From Candidatus Latescibacterota bacterium (GTDB taxonomy: Bacteria > Latescibacterota > UBA2968 > UBA8231), in NCBI GenBank assembly GCA_965203355.1, contig OZ241889.1, forward strand, positions 224,001 through 288,000: a stretch of 64,000 bases of DNA, read 5' to 3'. The position numbers were made by a program, and so were the translations under genes. Position 1 is the first letter of the stretch, and each line of letters starts with the position of its first letter. The notes beneath the pieces are model-generated. The model had not been told where the DNA came from, made no database searches, and saw nothing but the letters and a program-made list of their open reading frames with translations. This document shows, piece after piece, positions 19,134 to 28,465 of the stretch.

Positions 19134-20195
19134 TCAATCGAGCGGCAACTCCACCCGCCGCCCTTCCGCCATGCTGATCTGCACGGCCTCGGTGAATTCC
19201 ATGTACTTGACGCCATCGGCGAAGCTGGTGTGCGTAACGGGCCGGCCGTCGCGGATGGCAGCGACGAAATCCTCTTCCACCTGCCAGCCGTCGCACGGAT
19301 GCTCGGGGATGTCGAAGGATTGGTACTCGTCGTCGCCCTCGCCAGCTATCCATATCCCACTCTCGTCCATCTTAAACGAGCCTTTGGTTCCGTAAAAGGC
19401 AAAGGCAAAAGGAGACCCTAAGCGCACGACGCTGCTCAAGTGATAGACCGCGGTCGCGCCGCTTGTCATCTCGGCGACAATACCCAAGCTCTCCGGCACA
19501 TCGGCCGGTGCTCTCTTCCCCGTCTCCTCGTCGAGCCGCTCGGTCGTAAACGTCTTGCCGTAGGCTATGACGGCCTTTTCGTGCCCGGCATAGCGCCGCA
19601 CCGTCTCGTTGCCAATACCCATCACCATGATGTTGTTGCCAGACAAATCGCGGCGCTGCCGCCAGTGCAGGGGCGCATCCGGGTTGTAGCCGCCAGAGAG
19701 ACCGGTGAAGTGAATTTCCAACAAGTCGCCGAAAAAACCGCTGTGCAGCTTGTCAAGCAACAGCGGCTCGGCCGACAAGTAAAAGGGGGCCGGCACGACC
19801 ATTGCCACCTTGTCCGTTTGCTGGGCGGCTGCGTACATCTGCCGCGCCTCGGCCAGATTCATACACATCCGCGCCTCGGTCAGCACGTGTTTGCCCGCTT
19901 CAAGCCCGGCCAGCGTCATCGGACAGTGCATATAGGGCCACGTGCCGATGCAAATCGCATCGACATCGTCGCTGGCGATCAGTGCCCGCCAGTCCGCAAA
20001 GACCTGTGAGATGCCGTACTCGTCGGCGATCCGTTGGCCCGATTCGCGCGAGCGATTGCAGACTGCGGTTATTTCGACTCCGTCAATACCTTGGAAACCG
20101 GGGATGTGCTGTAGGCGGGTGTTGGCTCCCGCGCCGATTAGGCCGATGCGAAGTGTCAAGTCATTTTCCTCACTATTTTTATTTGCGTGTACCAA
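19134..20195 (-). CDS. Gfo/Idh/MocA family oxidoreductase
   Basis: RIGLIGAG, DAICIGTWPYMH, AGKHVLTEAR; the true start may be about 12 codons downstream. Confidence 0.85.
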   Translation of the reverse strand: MVHANKNSEENDLTLRIGLIGAGANTRLQHIPGFQGIDGVEITAVCNRSRESGQRIADEYGISQVFADWRALIASDDVDAICIGTWPYMHCPMTLAGLEAGKHVLTEARMCMNLAEARQMYAAAQQTDKVAMVVPAPFYLSAEPLLLDKLHSGFFGDLLEIHFTGLSGGYNPDAPLHWRQRRDLSGNNIMVMGIGNETVRRYAGHEKAVIAYGKTFTTERLDEETGKRAPADVPESLGIVAEMTSGATAVYHLSSVVRLGSPFAFAFYGTKGSFKMDESGIWIAGEGDDEYQSFDIPEHPCDGWQVEEDFVAAIRDGRPVTHTSFADGVKYMEFTEAVQISMAEGRRVELPLD

Positions 20196-20337
20196 CCATA
20201 CAACTGACGAAAGCCATTATCCTCAATAGCTTCTGTCATGAGGTATCTCCTCGGCGCGATCTCTTTGAGTCAATATAGCCGGAAGCTACTAGGCAATCAA
20301 ATGGACCTTGACCTATCACGTCGAGAAAAATCCTAGG

Positions 20338-21798
20338 TCAACGCCACTCGTAAAACGACTTACGCGCTAACCGGTACGCATCGGCGGGCCGATCAATCGC
20401 CGTCGCCCCGCCCGAGGCCACTTCAATTATGCGACCGCACACCGGCTCGTACGCGGCTCTGGGTGCTACCGCGCCCTTGGCCACCAAGATGCGCTGGTGC
20501 TCAGGCTGGATTCCCGCACAAGTAATCTGGTGAATACTGTTGGGACAAGCGCGCGCGCTGTTGAGCAAGAGCAGCCCTTTGCTCCCGGCTTGTTCTACTT
20601 GCACGACTGCGGTCGGCCCCTGGTTGAAATAGCGACCCCCACCGTGCCGACGCTCGCGCTCCTCGTACGACCCGTCGTGTAGCGTCCGCACCTGCCCGCC
20701 GATCGCCAAGGTCGGCCCGTGCATGTCATCGGTCTTGCCGCCCACGCGAAGCTGGACCTGCCCACCGACGCCGGCAGCAAAACACGCCTGCGCACTTTCG
20801 GCGTCCCAGACCGACACGACCCAGCCATCGGCCCCCTGCGCGAGCAACTGCTCCAACACAAACGTCGAGTCCCCGGACGAGCCGCCGCCGATGTTGTCGC
20901 CCATGTCGAGCAAACACACGGGCGCCTCCGCGCTCGCTAACGCCAACCGCACCGCCTCGGCTGGGTCGGGCACCGCTGGCTTTAACTGGTCGCGGCTGGC
21001 CCACATCTGCGCACCCAACCTCTCGGCCTCGCGTTGCGCTGTTGCTTCGTCTCCGTCCGCAATCACCACAATCGCCGGTCCCATGTAGGGCACGTCCGCG
21101 TATTGGTATCCAGCGGCGATGCTGCATCCGAGAATCCCCGCTTGGGATTCCAACTCAATCGCCGCCTGCATCAGCGGCTGCATGGGCGCGACACTCGTGT
21201 TGTGGAAGTAAATGTTGAAGAGCACTTCTGGTTTGACTAGTGCCATCTTGGGCTGAACCTCGCCGCGAATCTGCCGCGTCAGAATGGACGCAGCCTGCAA
21301 GCCTCGTTCCCGCTGGTCAATGTGGGGATTGGTCTTGTAGACGATCAAAGAATCGGCCGCAGCCACTAGCTCCGGGGGCACGTTGGCGTGGTAATCGTGG
21401 GTCACGGCGACGGGCAAATCGCCCACCAGCGCACGCACCCGGCGCACGGTCTCGCCGTCAGCTTGGGGAAATCCTTCGGCGACCATGGCCCCGTGTAGTG
21501 CCAACAACACCCCGTCGAGCCTAGGGGCCGCCTCCAGTCCGCCGAGGATGCGTCCGACAAAGTGCTCGTACGCGTCTGCCGTCACTGGGCCGCCCGGCGT
21601 CGCCGAGGTGGCTAGCAGCGGATAGAGTTCATAGCCAAACTCCTCCGCCCCGGCGATATAGCCGGCGATCTCGTGGAAAGTTCCCGCGTACTGGCCAATC
21701 ACATCCGCGCCTTCACAGGCCCCGAAGTCCGCCCGCTGCGTCGGCTGCGAATAAAACGAATTCGACTCGTGGGAAAAACCTGCCATTGCAATGCGCAT
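20338..21798 (-). CDS. M81 (MlrC-like) metallopeptidase
   Basis: HESNSF, LALHGAMV, DYHAN, YKTNPHID, DMGDNIGGG. Confidence 0.88.
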   Translation of the reverse strand: MRIAMAGFSHESNSFYSQPTQRADFGACEGADVIGQYAGTFHEIAGYIAGAEEFGYELYPLLATSATPGGPVTADAYEHFVGRILGGLEAAPRLDGVLLALHGAMVAEGFPQADGETVRRVRALVGDLPVAVTHDYHANVPPELVAAADSLIVYKTNPHIDQRERGLQAASILTRQIRGEVQPKMALVKPEVLFNIYFHNTSVAPMQPLMQAAIELESQAGILGCSIAAGYQYADVPYMGPAIVVIADGDEATAQREAERLGAQMWASRDQLKPAVPDPAEAVRLALASAEAPVCLLDMGDNIGGGSSGDSTFVLEQLLAQGADGWVVSVWDAESAQACFAAGVGGQVQLRVGGKTDDMHGPTLAIGGQVRTLHDGSYEERERRHGGGRYFNQGPTAVVQVEQAGSKGLLLLNSARACPNSIHQITCAGIQPEHQRILVAKGAVAPRAAYEPVCGRIIEVASGGATAIDRPADAYRLARKSFYEWR

Positions 21799-21878
21799 TC
21801 GGTATCGCCTTTCTAGCGAGCCGATCGCTCGGCCATCTCGCCTGTCTTAGAATATGGTGTTATCTTTTTCAAACGCTT

Positions 21879-22940
21879 ATGAACCGCTCGCAAAAGATAT
21901 TTACCTATAAAAAGACGAAGCGCCTAACGCAAATGGTCGCCTGCGGCGGCTGAGCTTCCAAGCTGCGCCCCGACCAGTTGCGGCGCATCCTGGCAGGTCT
22001 GCCAGCAAACGCGGATCCCAACCTGCTAGTCGGCTTCAACCTCGCCGACGACGCCGGAGTCTATCGTCTTAACGAGCGCGAGGCCCTCGTGCAGACCGTT
22101 GATTTCTTCACCCCCATCGTCGACGATCCCTACACCTTTGGGGCCATTGCCGCGGCCAATTCGCTCAGCGACGTGTACGCCATGGGCGGCAAGCCGCTCA
22201 CCGCGCTCAACATCGCGGGCTTTCCCGCCGACGATCTCGATCCCCAAGTGTTCAACGAGATTCTGCGCGGCGGCCAAGCCAAAGCGGCTGAAGCCGGCTG
22301 CACACTCGTCGGCGGACACACCGTGCAAGACCCCGAGTTAAAGTACGGCCTCGCCGTCACCGGCCTCGTCCACCCGGACCGCATCTACACCAATGCTGGT
22401 GCCCAACCCGGCGACCGTCTCATCCTCAGCAAAAAACTGGGCACCGGGCTGATCGCCAACGCCTTCAAGGCCGGTCACCTCGCCGAAGCCGACCTCGCCG
22501 AAGCCGTGGAATCCATGCTCGCGCTCAACAAGGCTGGTGCTGAAATCCTGCCGGACTTTGCCGTCCACGCCTGCACCGACATCACCGGCTTCGGTCTTTT
22601 AGGGCACGCCGCAGAAATGGCCGAGGGCAGCCAAGTGGGCATGATCTTTTACGCGGCCCAAGTTCCAGCCTTAGCCCATAGCTTGGCGCTGGCCGCTAAG
22701 GGACTGGCAGGCGGTTCCCGCGACAATCAGCTTTTCTTGGAACCCAAAGTCGCCATCGCCGACGGCGTCGATCCGGCCCGCGCCCATCTCCTCTTTGACG
22801 CCCAGACCTCCGGAGGCCTGCTCATCGCCGTGGCCGCAGCCGAGGCCGCAGCCCTCCTCCGTGCCCTCCAACTAGACGCCGCTGCGATCGTCGGCGAAGT
22901 TACCAAAGAAAATCCCGGCCGCATCTTCGTCGAGCCATAA
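21879..22940 (+). CDS. selD: Selenide, water dikinase (selenophosphate synthetase), selenocysteine-containing (UGA at 21951-21953)
   Basis: The in-frame extension upstream of the ORF-track start reads KRLTQMVACGGUASKL. Body has DDAGVY, QTVDFFTPIVDDP, NSLSDVYAMGG, GGHT, TDITGFGLLGH, DAQTSGGLL. Confidence 0.92.
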
Positions 22941-22965
22941 CCGCGATTTTGCCTGCCGGGACCAT

Positions 22966-24057
22966 ATGGCCCATCGCCCTCGCATCCTCTTCCTTGCCCG
23001 CCGCTATCCGCCCACTATCGGCGGTATCCAGACCCATTGCCACGCCCTGCACGCCCAGCTCGTGCAACAGGCCCAAGTCCGCCTTGTCGCGCTGGGCCGC
23101 CAGTCGCTTTTGCACTTGACTTGGTTCCTTCCCTATTGCTTTGTGGTCGCCTTTTGGGCCGTGCTCTGCCGCCGCATTGATGCCGTGTACTTCGCCGACG
23201 GGGTCGCCGCTTCGTTGGCTCCGCTCTTGCGCCCTTTGGGTCCGGCGCGATTCATCACCACCGTCTACGGCCTCGAAATGACCTACGAAAATCCCCTCGC
23301 ACGCACCCTGATGCACTGGGGAGTCCGAGCCTGCGACAAGGTCGTCGTCATCAGCCAACACAGCCGCCGCCTTACCGCGGCGAGCGGCGTCCCCGCGGAC
23401 AAGTTAGCCATCATCTATCTAGGAGTTGAACCACTGGAGTTAGCACCAGACGAACTGGCAGCAGTCAGAAAGCACTTTGAGGAAAAACACGGGCTGCGTT
23501 TTGGCCAAGACCGCATCCTGCTGCTTTTTGGCCGTCAAGTTCCCCGCAAGGGCATGGTCGAATTTTTGGCAAAGGGAATGCCCCTGCTCGACGCGGATAT
23601 ACGCCTCTTGATCGGCGGTCCTCCAAGCAGCGAAACCGCGCGCTTGCAGGAGCACTGTCGATCGGACGACCTAAAAGATCGCGTCGTCTTGCTCGGACCA
23701 GTCCCCAGCGATGTGCTGGCCATGCTGCGCGCCAGTTGCGATCTTTTTCTCATGCCCAACATCCACATACCCGGCGACGTTGAAGGCTTCGGCCAAACCC
23801 AACTCGAATGTATGTACGCCGGCACCCCGGCTGTAGCCTTTGCCGTCGATGCTCTGACCGAGAGTGTGCGCGAAGGCGGATTCCTCGTTGACCCGCAAGA
23901 TTACCCAGCCTTCGTCGAGCAAATCCACCGCTTCTTCGCCCTCAGCCCAGCGGAACGCGCCGCGCTAGGCCACCAGTGCCGCGCCTACGTGCAACGCGAA
24001 TACTCCGAGAAAAAAATCGCCGGCCAATACATGGACCTTTTTACCGGAAAGGCTTAA
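22966..24057 (+). CDS. Glycosyltransferase family 4
   Basis: YPPTIGGIQ, GRQVPRKG, DVEGFGQTQLE. Confidence 0.85.
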   Translation: MAHRPRILFLARRYPPTIGGIQTHCHALHAQLVQQAQVRLVALGRQSLLHLTWFLPYCFVVAFWAVLCRRIDAVYFADGVAASLAPLLRPLGPARFITTVYGLEMTYENPLARTLMHWGVRACDKVVVISQHSRRLTAASGVPADKLAIIYLGVEPLELAPDELAAVRKHFEEKHGLRFGQDRILLLFGRQVPRKGMVEFLAKGMPLLDADIRLLIGGPPSSETARLQEHCRSDDLKDRVVLLGPVPSDVLAMLRASCDLFLMPNIHIPGDVEGFGQTQLECMYAGTPAVAFAVDALTESVREGGFLVDPQDYPAFVEQIHRFFALSPAERAALGHQCRAYVQREYSEKKIAGQYMDLFTGKA

Positions 24058-24062
24058 ACGCC

Positions 24063-25112
24063 ATGTACTATACCGAACTCGATACCCCGGCCCTCTGCGT
24101 CGATCTCGACATACTGGAGAAAAACATCCGCGACCTGCAAAACGCCTGCGACCAACTCAAAATCGGCCTGCGCGTCCACACCAAGACCCACAAGACGCCG
24201 GCCATTGCACACAGGCAAATCGCCGCCGGGGCCATGGGCATCGTCAGCCAGAAGTTAGGCGAGGCCGAGGCCATGGCCGACAGCGGCATCGAGGACATCC
24301 TGATTCCCTACAACATCGTCGGCCCGCCCAAGCTAGCGCGCCTGACGCGCCTAATCCAAACCGGCAAGAGCACGATAACGGTCGCCGCCGATTCCGCCGC
24401 CACTGTTGACGGGCTTTCGCAGGCCGCCACGGCCGCTGGTTGCCGCATCCGCACAATCGTCGAAATGGACACCGGCGGTGGTCGCGTCGGCACCCAATCG
24501 CCCGCTGACACCCTGGCGCTGGCCCAGCACATTGACCAATTACCGGGGCTGGACTTTACCGGCGCGATGACCTATCCCAGCAGCGAGCGCGCCCGCCCCT
24601 TCCTCAACGCGGTACGCGAAGGAGCACGCAAAAGCGGCTTGCCCTTGCACATCATCAGCGGCGGCGGCACTGGCAGCGAAGCCATTTCCAAATCCCTCGG
24701 CTGCACCGAGACCCGCATCGGCTCGTACGCCTATGAGGGCATGACGCGCGTGGGTAAGCGCGACGACCTCGACCCTACCCGCTGTCCGCTGCGCTTGGTC
24801 ACCACCGTGGTCAGCACCTCGCGCCCGGGACAAGCCATCGTCGATGCCGGCCAGAAAGCCTTCACCAGCTACCCGCCGATCCCGTATGGCTACTGCATCG
24901 AGCAACCGGAGCTTTTTATCAAAGGCATGTCCGTCGAGCACGGCCACGTCGATACGACCGCCGCAGACCGTCCGGTCAACGTAGGCGATATTCTCTCTTT
25001 CATCCCCCTGCACGGCGGCATGACCACCAACCTCCACGACCGCCTCTTCGCCCTCCGCAACGGCGAGGTCGTCGAAGAATGGGCCATCGCTGGCCGCGGC
25101 CGCGGCCAGTAG
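24063..25112 (+). CDS. PLP-dependent alanine-racemase-fold enzyme (D-threonine aldolase/DSD1-like)
   Basis: LDTPAL, LRVHTKTHK, SQKLGEAE, SGGGT, DAGQKA, SVEHG. Confidence 0.85.
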   Translation: MYYTELDTPALCVDLDILEKNIRDLQNACDQLKIGLRVHTKTHKTPAIAHRQIAAGAMGIVSQKLGEAEAMADSGIEDILIPYNIVGPPKLARLTRLIQTGKSTITVAADSAATVDGLSQAATAAGCRIRTIVEMDTGGGRVGTQSPADTLALAQHIDQLPGLDFTGAMTYPSSERARPFLNAVREGARKSGLPLHIISGGGTGSEAISKSLGCTETRIGSYAYEGMTRVGKRDDLDPTRCPLRLVTTVVSTSRPGQAIVDAGQKAFTSYPPIPYGYCIEQPELFIKGMSVEHGHVDTTAADRPVNVGDILSFIPLHGGMTTNLHDRLFALRNGEVVEEWAIAGRGRGQ

Positions 25113-25144
25113 GGTGGCTCCCTTTTCCATACCGGAAGGACATC

Positions 25145-26020
25145 ATGGAAATCCAACCGCAACCGCAGATATTCGACGTCAATGAGCAAAACTTTGAAGA
25201 GCGGGTCCTCCAAGGCTCGTTAGAACGGGTCATCGTCGTCGATTTTTGGGCCCCTTGGTGCGGCCCTTGCAAGACTTTAGGCCCCATTCTCGAAGACGTC
25301 GTTACGTCGCTCGGCCCCGGCATAGCCCTAGCCAAGATCAACGTCGATGAAAACCAGCAACTCGCCATGGCCTTTCAAGTCCAGAGCATCCCCGCCGTCA
25401 AAATCGTCAAGAACGGCCAGCTAGCCCAAGAATTCACCGGCGCGCTACCCAAGGAGCAGATTGAAGCCATTCTCCGTCCCTTGGTTCCCGATGCTCCCAT
25501 CCCCGAAGCCGAGACAGTGCTTGACCAAGCCGACGACTTAGCGGCCCTCGGCGACCTCGACGGAGCAGCACACCAGTACGAGCAGGTGCTTGAGGAAAAT
25601 CCCACCGACGGCCCCGCCCTCCTCGGCTTGGCGAAAATTCACCTACGGCAGGGCCGCTTCGAGACCGTACGAGAACTAGTCAATCTCGTCGAGACGGACG
25701 CCTCCGAATACCCACAAGCCCAAGCACTGCTCACCCAAATCGAGTTTGCCCACCAGTGCCAGCAGGCTGGAGGCCGCGCCGCCTGTGCCCAGCGAGTGCT
25801 CGGTCAGCCAGACGACCCCGAGGCCCGTTACCTACTCGCCTGTTGCGCCGCCGCCGAGGGCGACTACGAAACCGCGTTGCAGGAATGGCTACACATCGTG
25901 GAAAAAAAAGCGCACGGCGACCCAGCCAAGGACGCCATGGTCGCCGTCTTCCACCTACTCGGCCGCGACAATCCGCTGGTAGCCAACTACCAGCGCAAGC
26001 TCTACCAAGCCCTGTACTGA
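25145..26020 (+). CDS. Thioredoxin-TPR chaperedoxin (YbbN/CnoX-like)
   Basis: VDFWAPWCGPCK followed by TPR-like helices and a YQRKLYQALY C-terminus. Confidence 0.88.
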   Translation: MEIQPQPQIFDVNEQNFEERVLQGSLERVIVVDFWAPWCGPCKTLGPILEDVVTSLGPGIALAKINVDENQQLAMAFQVQSIPAVKIVKNGQLAQEFTGALPKEQIEAILRPLVPDAPIPEAETVLDQADDLAALGDLDGAAHQYEQVLEENPTDGPALLGLAKIHLRQGRFETVRELVNLVETDASEYPQAQALLTQIEFAHQCQQAGGRAACAQRVLGQPDDPEARYLLACCAAAEGDYETALQEWLHIVEKKAHGDPAKDAMVAVFHLLGRDNPLVANYQRKLYQALY

Positions 26021-26031
26021 GCGCGTCCCGC

Positions 26032-26802
26032 TTAGGCCGGAACCAGCGCCTGTGCGCCAAAGATCATCGGATAGCCCTCGCCCGTGCGCACCGAGCGCGC
26101 CGCTCCGTCCATATAGGCGATGCTAAAGGCGCGGCGCGACTGACCTGTCGGATTGATTCCCGAGCGGTGCAGCAGCAGGTTGTTGAGCAAAATCGCCTCG
26201 CCCGCCTCGGCTTCGAGCTCGATTTCCGCGCCCAGCGGCGCGTATTCGGCTAGCTGCTCTGCCGAAGGAAAGTGCCTTTCGGTGATCACTCCGTGCTTGT
26301 GGCTGCCGGGCACCACCTGCATACAGCCATTGGCCGCCGTCGCCGGATCGAGTGCCGTCCATACCGTGGTCGTCGGGTTGCAATCCACGCCCCAACCGAC
26401 GCCCACGTCTTGATGCCAAGGCAGTATCGTGCCCTTTTCCGCCGGCTTGTTCATAAACATCGCCCGGAAAATCGACACGTCCTCGCCGATATAGCGCCGG
26501 GTGATCTGGCGGAAGAGCGGGTGCTGCATGTAGGCGAGATAAACCGGGTCCTGCTCCAAACCCATGATCTTGCGGTACTGGAGCGTGGTGCCCTTGTGGC
26601 CGACAGAGACGACGGGCATCTTCGCGTAGTCGGCGTCCTCGCCGTCGAGTTGAAAGTCCATCTCCGGGTAGGCTATCTCGCCGAGCATGATCGCGTCAAT
26701 GCGCTGCTGTAGTTCGGCCAATCCCGCGTCGTCGAGTACCTTGCCGAGCCGCACGTAGCCGTGCTCCTCAAAGTGGGCGTGCTGTGCGTCGCTGTATTCC
26801 AT
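26032..26802 (-). CDS. Phytanoyl-CoA dioxygenase (PhyH) family protein
   Basis: PWHQD, WTALD, NGCMQVVPGSHK, LLHRSG.N...R. Confidence 0.88.
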   Translation of the reverse strand: MEYSDAQHAHFEEHGYVRLGKVLDDAGLAELQQRIDAIMLGEIAYPEMDFQLDGEDADYAKMPVVSVGHKGTTLQYRKIMGLEQDPVYLAYMQHPLFRQITRRYIGEDVSIFRAMFMNKPAEKGTILPWHQDVGVGWGVDCNPTTTVWTALDPATAANGCMQVVPGSHKHGVITERHFPSAEQLAEYAPLGAEIELEAEAGEAILLNNLLLHRSGINPTGQSRRAFSIAYMDGAARSVRTGEGYPMIFGAQALVPA

Positions 26803-26931
26803 TAGATATTTTCCTCCGTTGCCCTAAGAAATGAGCAATGTTTTCCCCGGGGTCAAATTTCCCTACCTTATCCGGCCCGTGCTTCTACAAGTACGAAATG
26901 CAGCAGATAGTAGATGAGAAAGGAATCACAC

Positions 26932-28002
26932 ATGAAGACGTCCGATCCATTTGAACAAGGTCTCGCCGCCGGTGAGGCCGCGGCTTCGGCCACCAAAGTC
27001 GCATCGACAACATCGGCCCATGGCGGGCGCATGTACGTGCGCACCCAAGGTTTTGGGTCAACGGATGCCGAGTTGCGCTTTTTGCAGCGCTGTGGCGTGC
27101 GCCACAAGGCCGCCAATTTTCCCTTCCACCCCGACCGGGGCTGGGATCTCGACGAGTTGATCCGGGAAAGAGAGCACCACGAGGCCTTTGGGCTGACACT
27201 GGATATGAGCTTGCTACCGATATATCAGCATTTTCCCAACATCATCTACTTTGGCAAAAGCCCGGAGCGCGACCGAGAAATCGACCTCGTATGCGAAATG
27301 ATCCGAACCGCTTCGCACGCCGGCATCGATTCTCTGCGCTATAACACTTGCATCCTGCCCATCGACCGCACCCAGCAAGAAGAAGGGCGCGGCGGCTACT
27401 ATCACACTGCGTTCCGCCTCGACAAGGTCCCGGCGGAAGAACAGGCCAAGCTGACTGAGGTCGGGCGCGTCACCGCAGACATGCACTGGGAACGAATTGA
27501 GTACCTGCTCGAACGCATGATTCCGGTGGCAGAAGAATTCAAGGTCCGAATGGGCAATTCTCAAGAAGACCCAGCCACACCGTCCGGCTACAAAGGCGTC
27601 GACAAAGTCCTCAATGACTTTGAGGGCATGCAGCGTTTTATCGAGATTCAGCGCAGTCCGTATCACGGCTGGAACTTCTGCGTCGGCTCCATCGCTGAAG
27701 GACTCGAAGATCCGGCCCACGAAATCTACCCCATCATAGAGTACTTTGGCCGCCGCAATACGATCTTCCTCGTTCACTATCGCAACCTCCTCGGGGGACG
27801 CTATAGCTTCCGCGAGGCACTGCCCGACGAAGGCGATATGGACTTCCACCGGGTATTAAAGGCCCTCAAGGACACCGGCTACTGCTACGGCATTGATCCC
27901 GACCACGTTCCGCGCACCGACGACGATCCAAAGGGCTATTATCAGTCCTATGCGTACTGCTTCGGCTACATCAATGCCATGATTCAGGCGATCTACGGTT
28001 AG
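26932..28002 (+). CDS. Mannonate dehydratase (UxuA)-family protein
   Basis: RDREID..CEMI, PVAEEFKVRM, NFCVGS, VHYRN, DEGDMD, DPDHVP; RBS AAGGA before MKTSD. Confidence 0.75.
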   Translation: MKTSDPFEQGLAAGEAAASATKVASTTSAHGGRMYVRTQGFGSTDAELRFLQRCGVRHKAANFPFHPDRGWDLDELIREREHHEAFGLTLDMSLLPIYQHFPNIIYFGKSPERDREIDLVCEMIRTASHAGIDSLRYNTCILPIDRTQQEEGRGGYYHTAFRLDKVPAEEQAKLTEVGRVTADMHWERIEYLLERMIPVAEEFKVRMGNSQEDPATPSGYKGVDKVLNDFEGMQRFIEIQRSPYHGWNFCVGSIAEGLEDPAHEIYPIIEYFGRRNTIFLVHYRNLLGGRYSFREALPDEGDMDFHRVLKALKDTGYCYGIDPDHVPRTDDDPKGYYQSYAYCFGYINAMIQAIYG

Positions 28003-28027
28003 TGTCAAGGGACAATAGTACGGGCGA

Positions 28028-28204
28028 TTAATTTTCGGGGGGCCATTCCCGGCTGCTATCTCGCTCAATCCAATCGTTGATAGTCTGGTACCTGTCAACG
28101 GCCCTTTTGTAATCCGTCCGGCTGAGCTGGACGCGGATAGCCACGTCAGCCAGCAGAATATCTGTCGATTCGGTCAGTTGCGGTGGAATAGTCCTAGTCT
28201 TCAT
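28028..28204 (-). pseudogene. Truncated N-terminus of a cGAS/DncV-like nucleotidyltransferase (CD-NTase) gene
   Basis: RBS AAGGAG, then MKTRTIPPQLTESTDILLADVAIRVQLSRTDYKRAVDRYQTINDWIERDSS. This resembles the CD-NTase N-terminal helices and ends before the catalytic QGS loop. At 58 aa it is below the ORF-track cut-off. Confidence 0.6.
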
Positions 28205-28415
28205 TTTAGACTCCTTGTTTGTGCCGTCGGCACAGAAGGCATTTCCCGTGGTCGCAGTTTATATATTGTGGGATAATCTATATCTTTGTAAATTGCAATA
28301 ACCTCATCTACATATAGAGCAAGCGCAGAAATTTTGTTCCACGATTTCCTTTTTCTCCTATCTAGAGAATGCTGCTGTGATGGTCATCGTCAGATGACAA
28401 AAATCAGCCCTACTT

Positions 28416-28452
28416 GTTTACAATACGATAAATATATCTTATAATTGTAAAC
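28416..28452 (+). promoter_or_regulatory. Sigma70 promoter overlapped by a 9-bp inverted repeat (likely XRE operator)
   Basis: TTTACA (28417-28422)-N17-TATAAT (28440-28445); GTTTACAAT (28416-28424) and ATTGTAAAC (28444-28452) are a perfect inverted repeat. Confidence 0.75.
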
Positions 28453-28465
28453 TTTCAATAGGAGA

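Noticed and set aside
8913-21953. In-frame TGA codons as pseudogene-causing nonsense mutations or an alternative genetic code
   Set aside because: Both fall exactly on catalytic Cys/Sec positions with downstream hairpins, and TGA acts as a normal stop in many other genes here.
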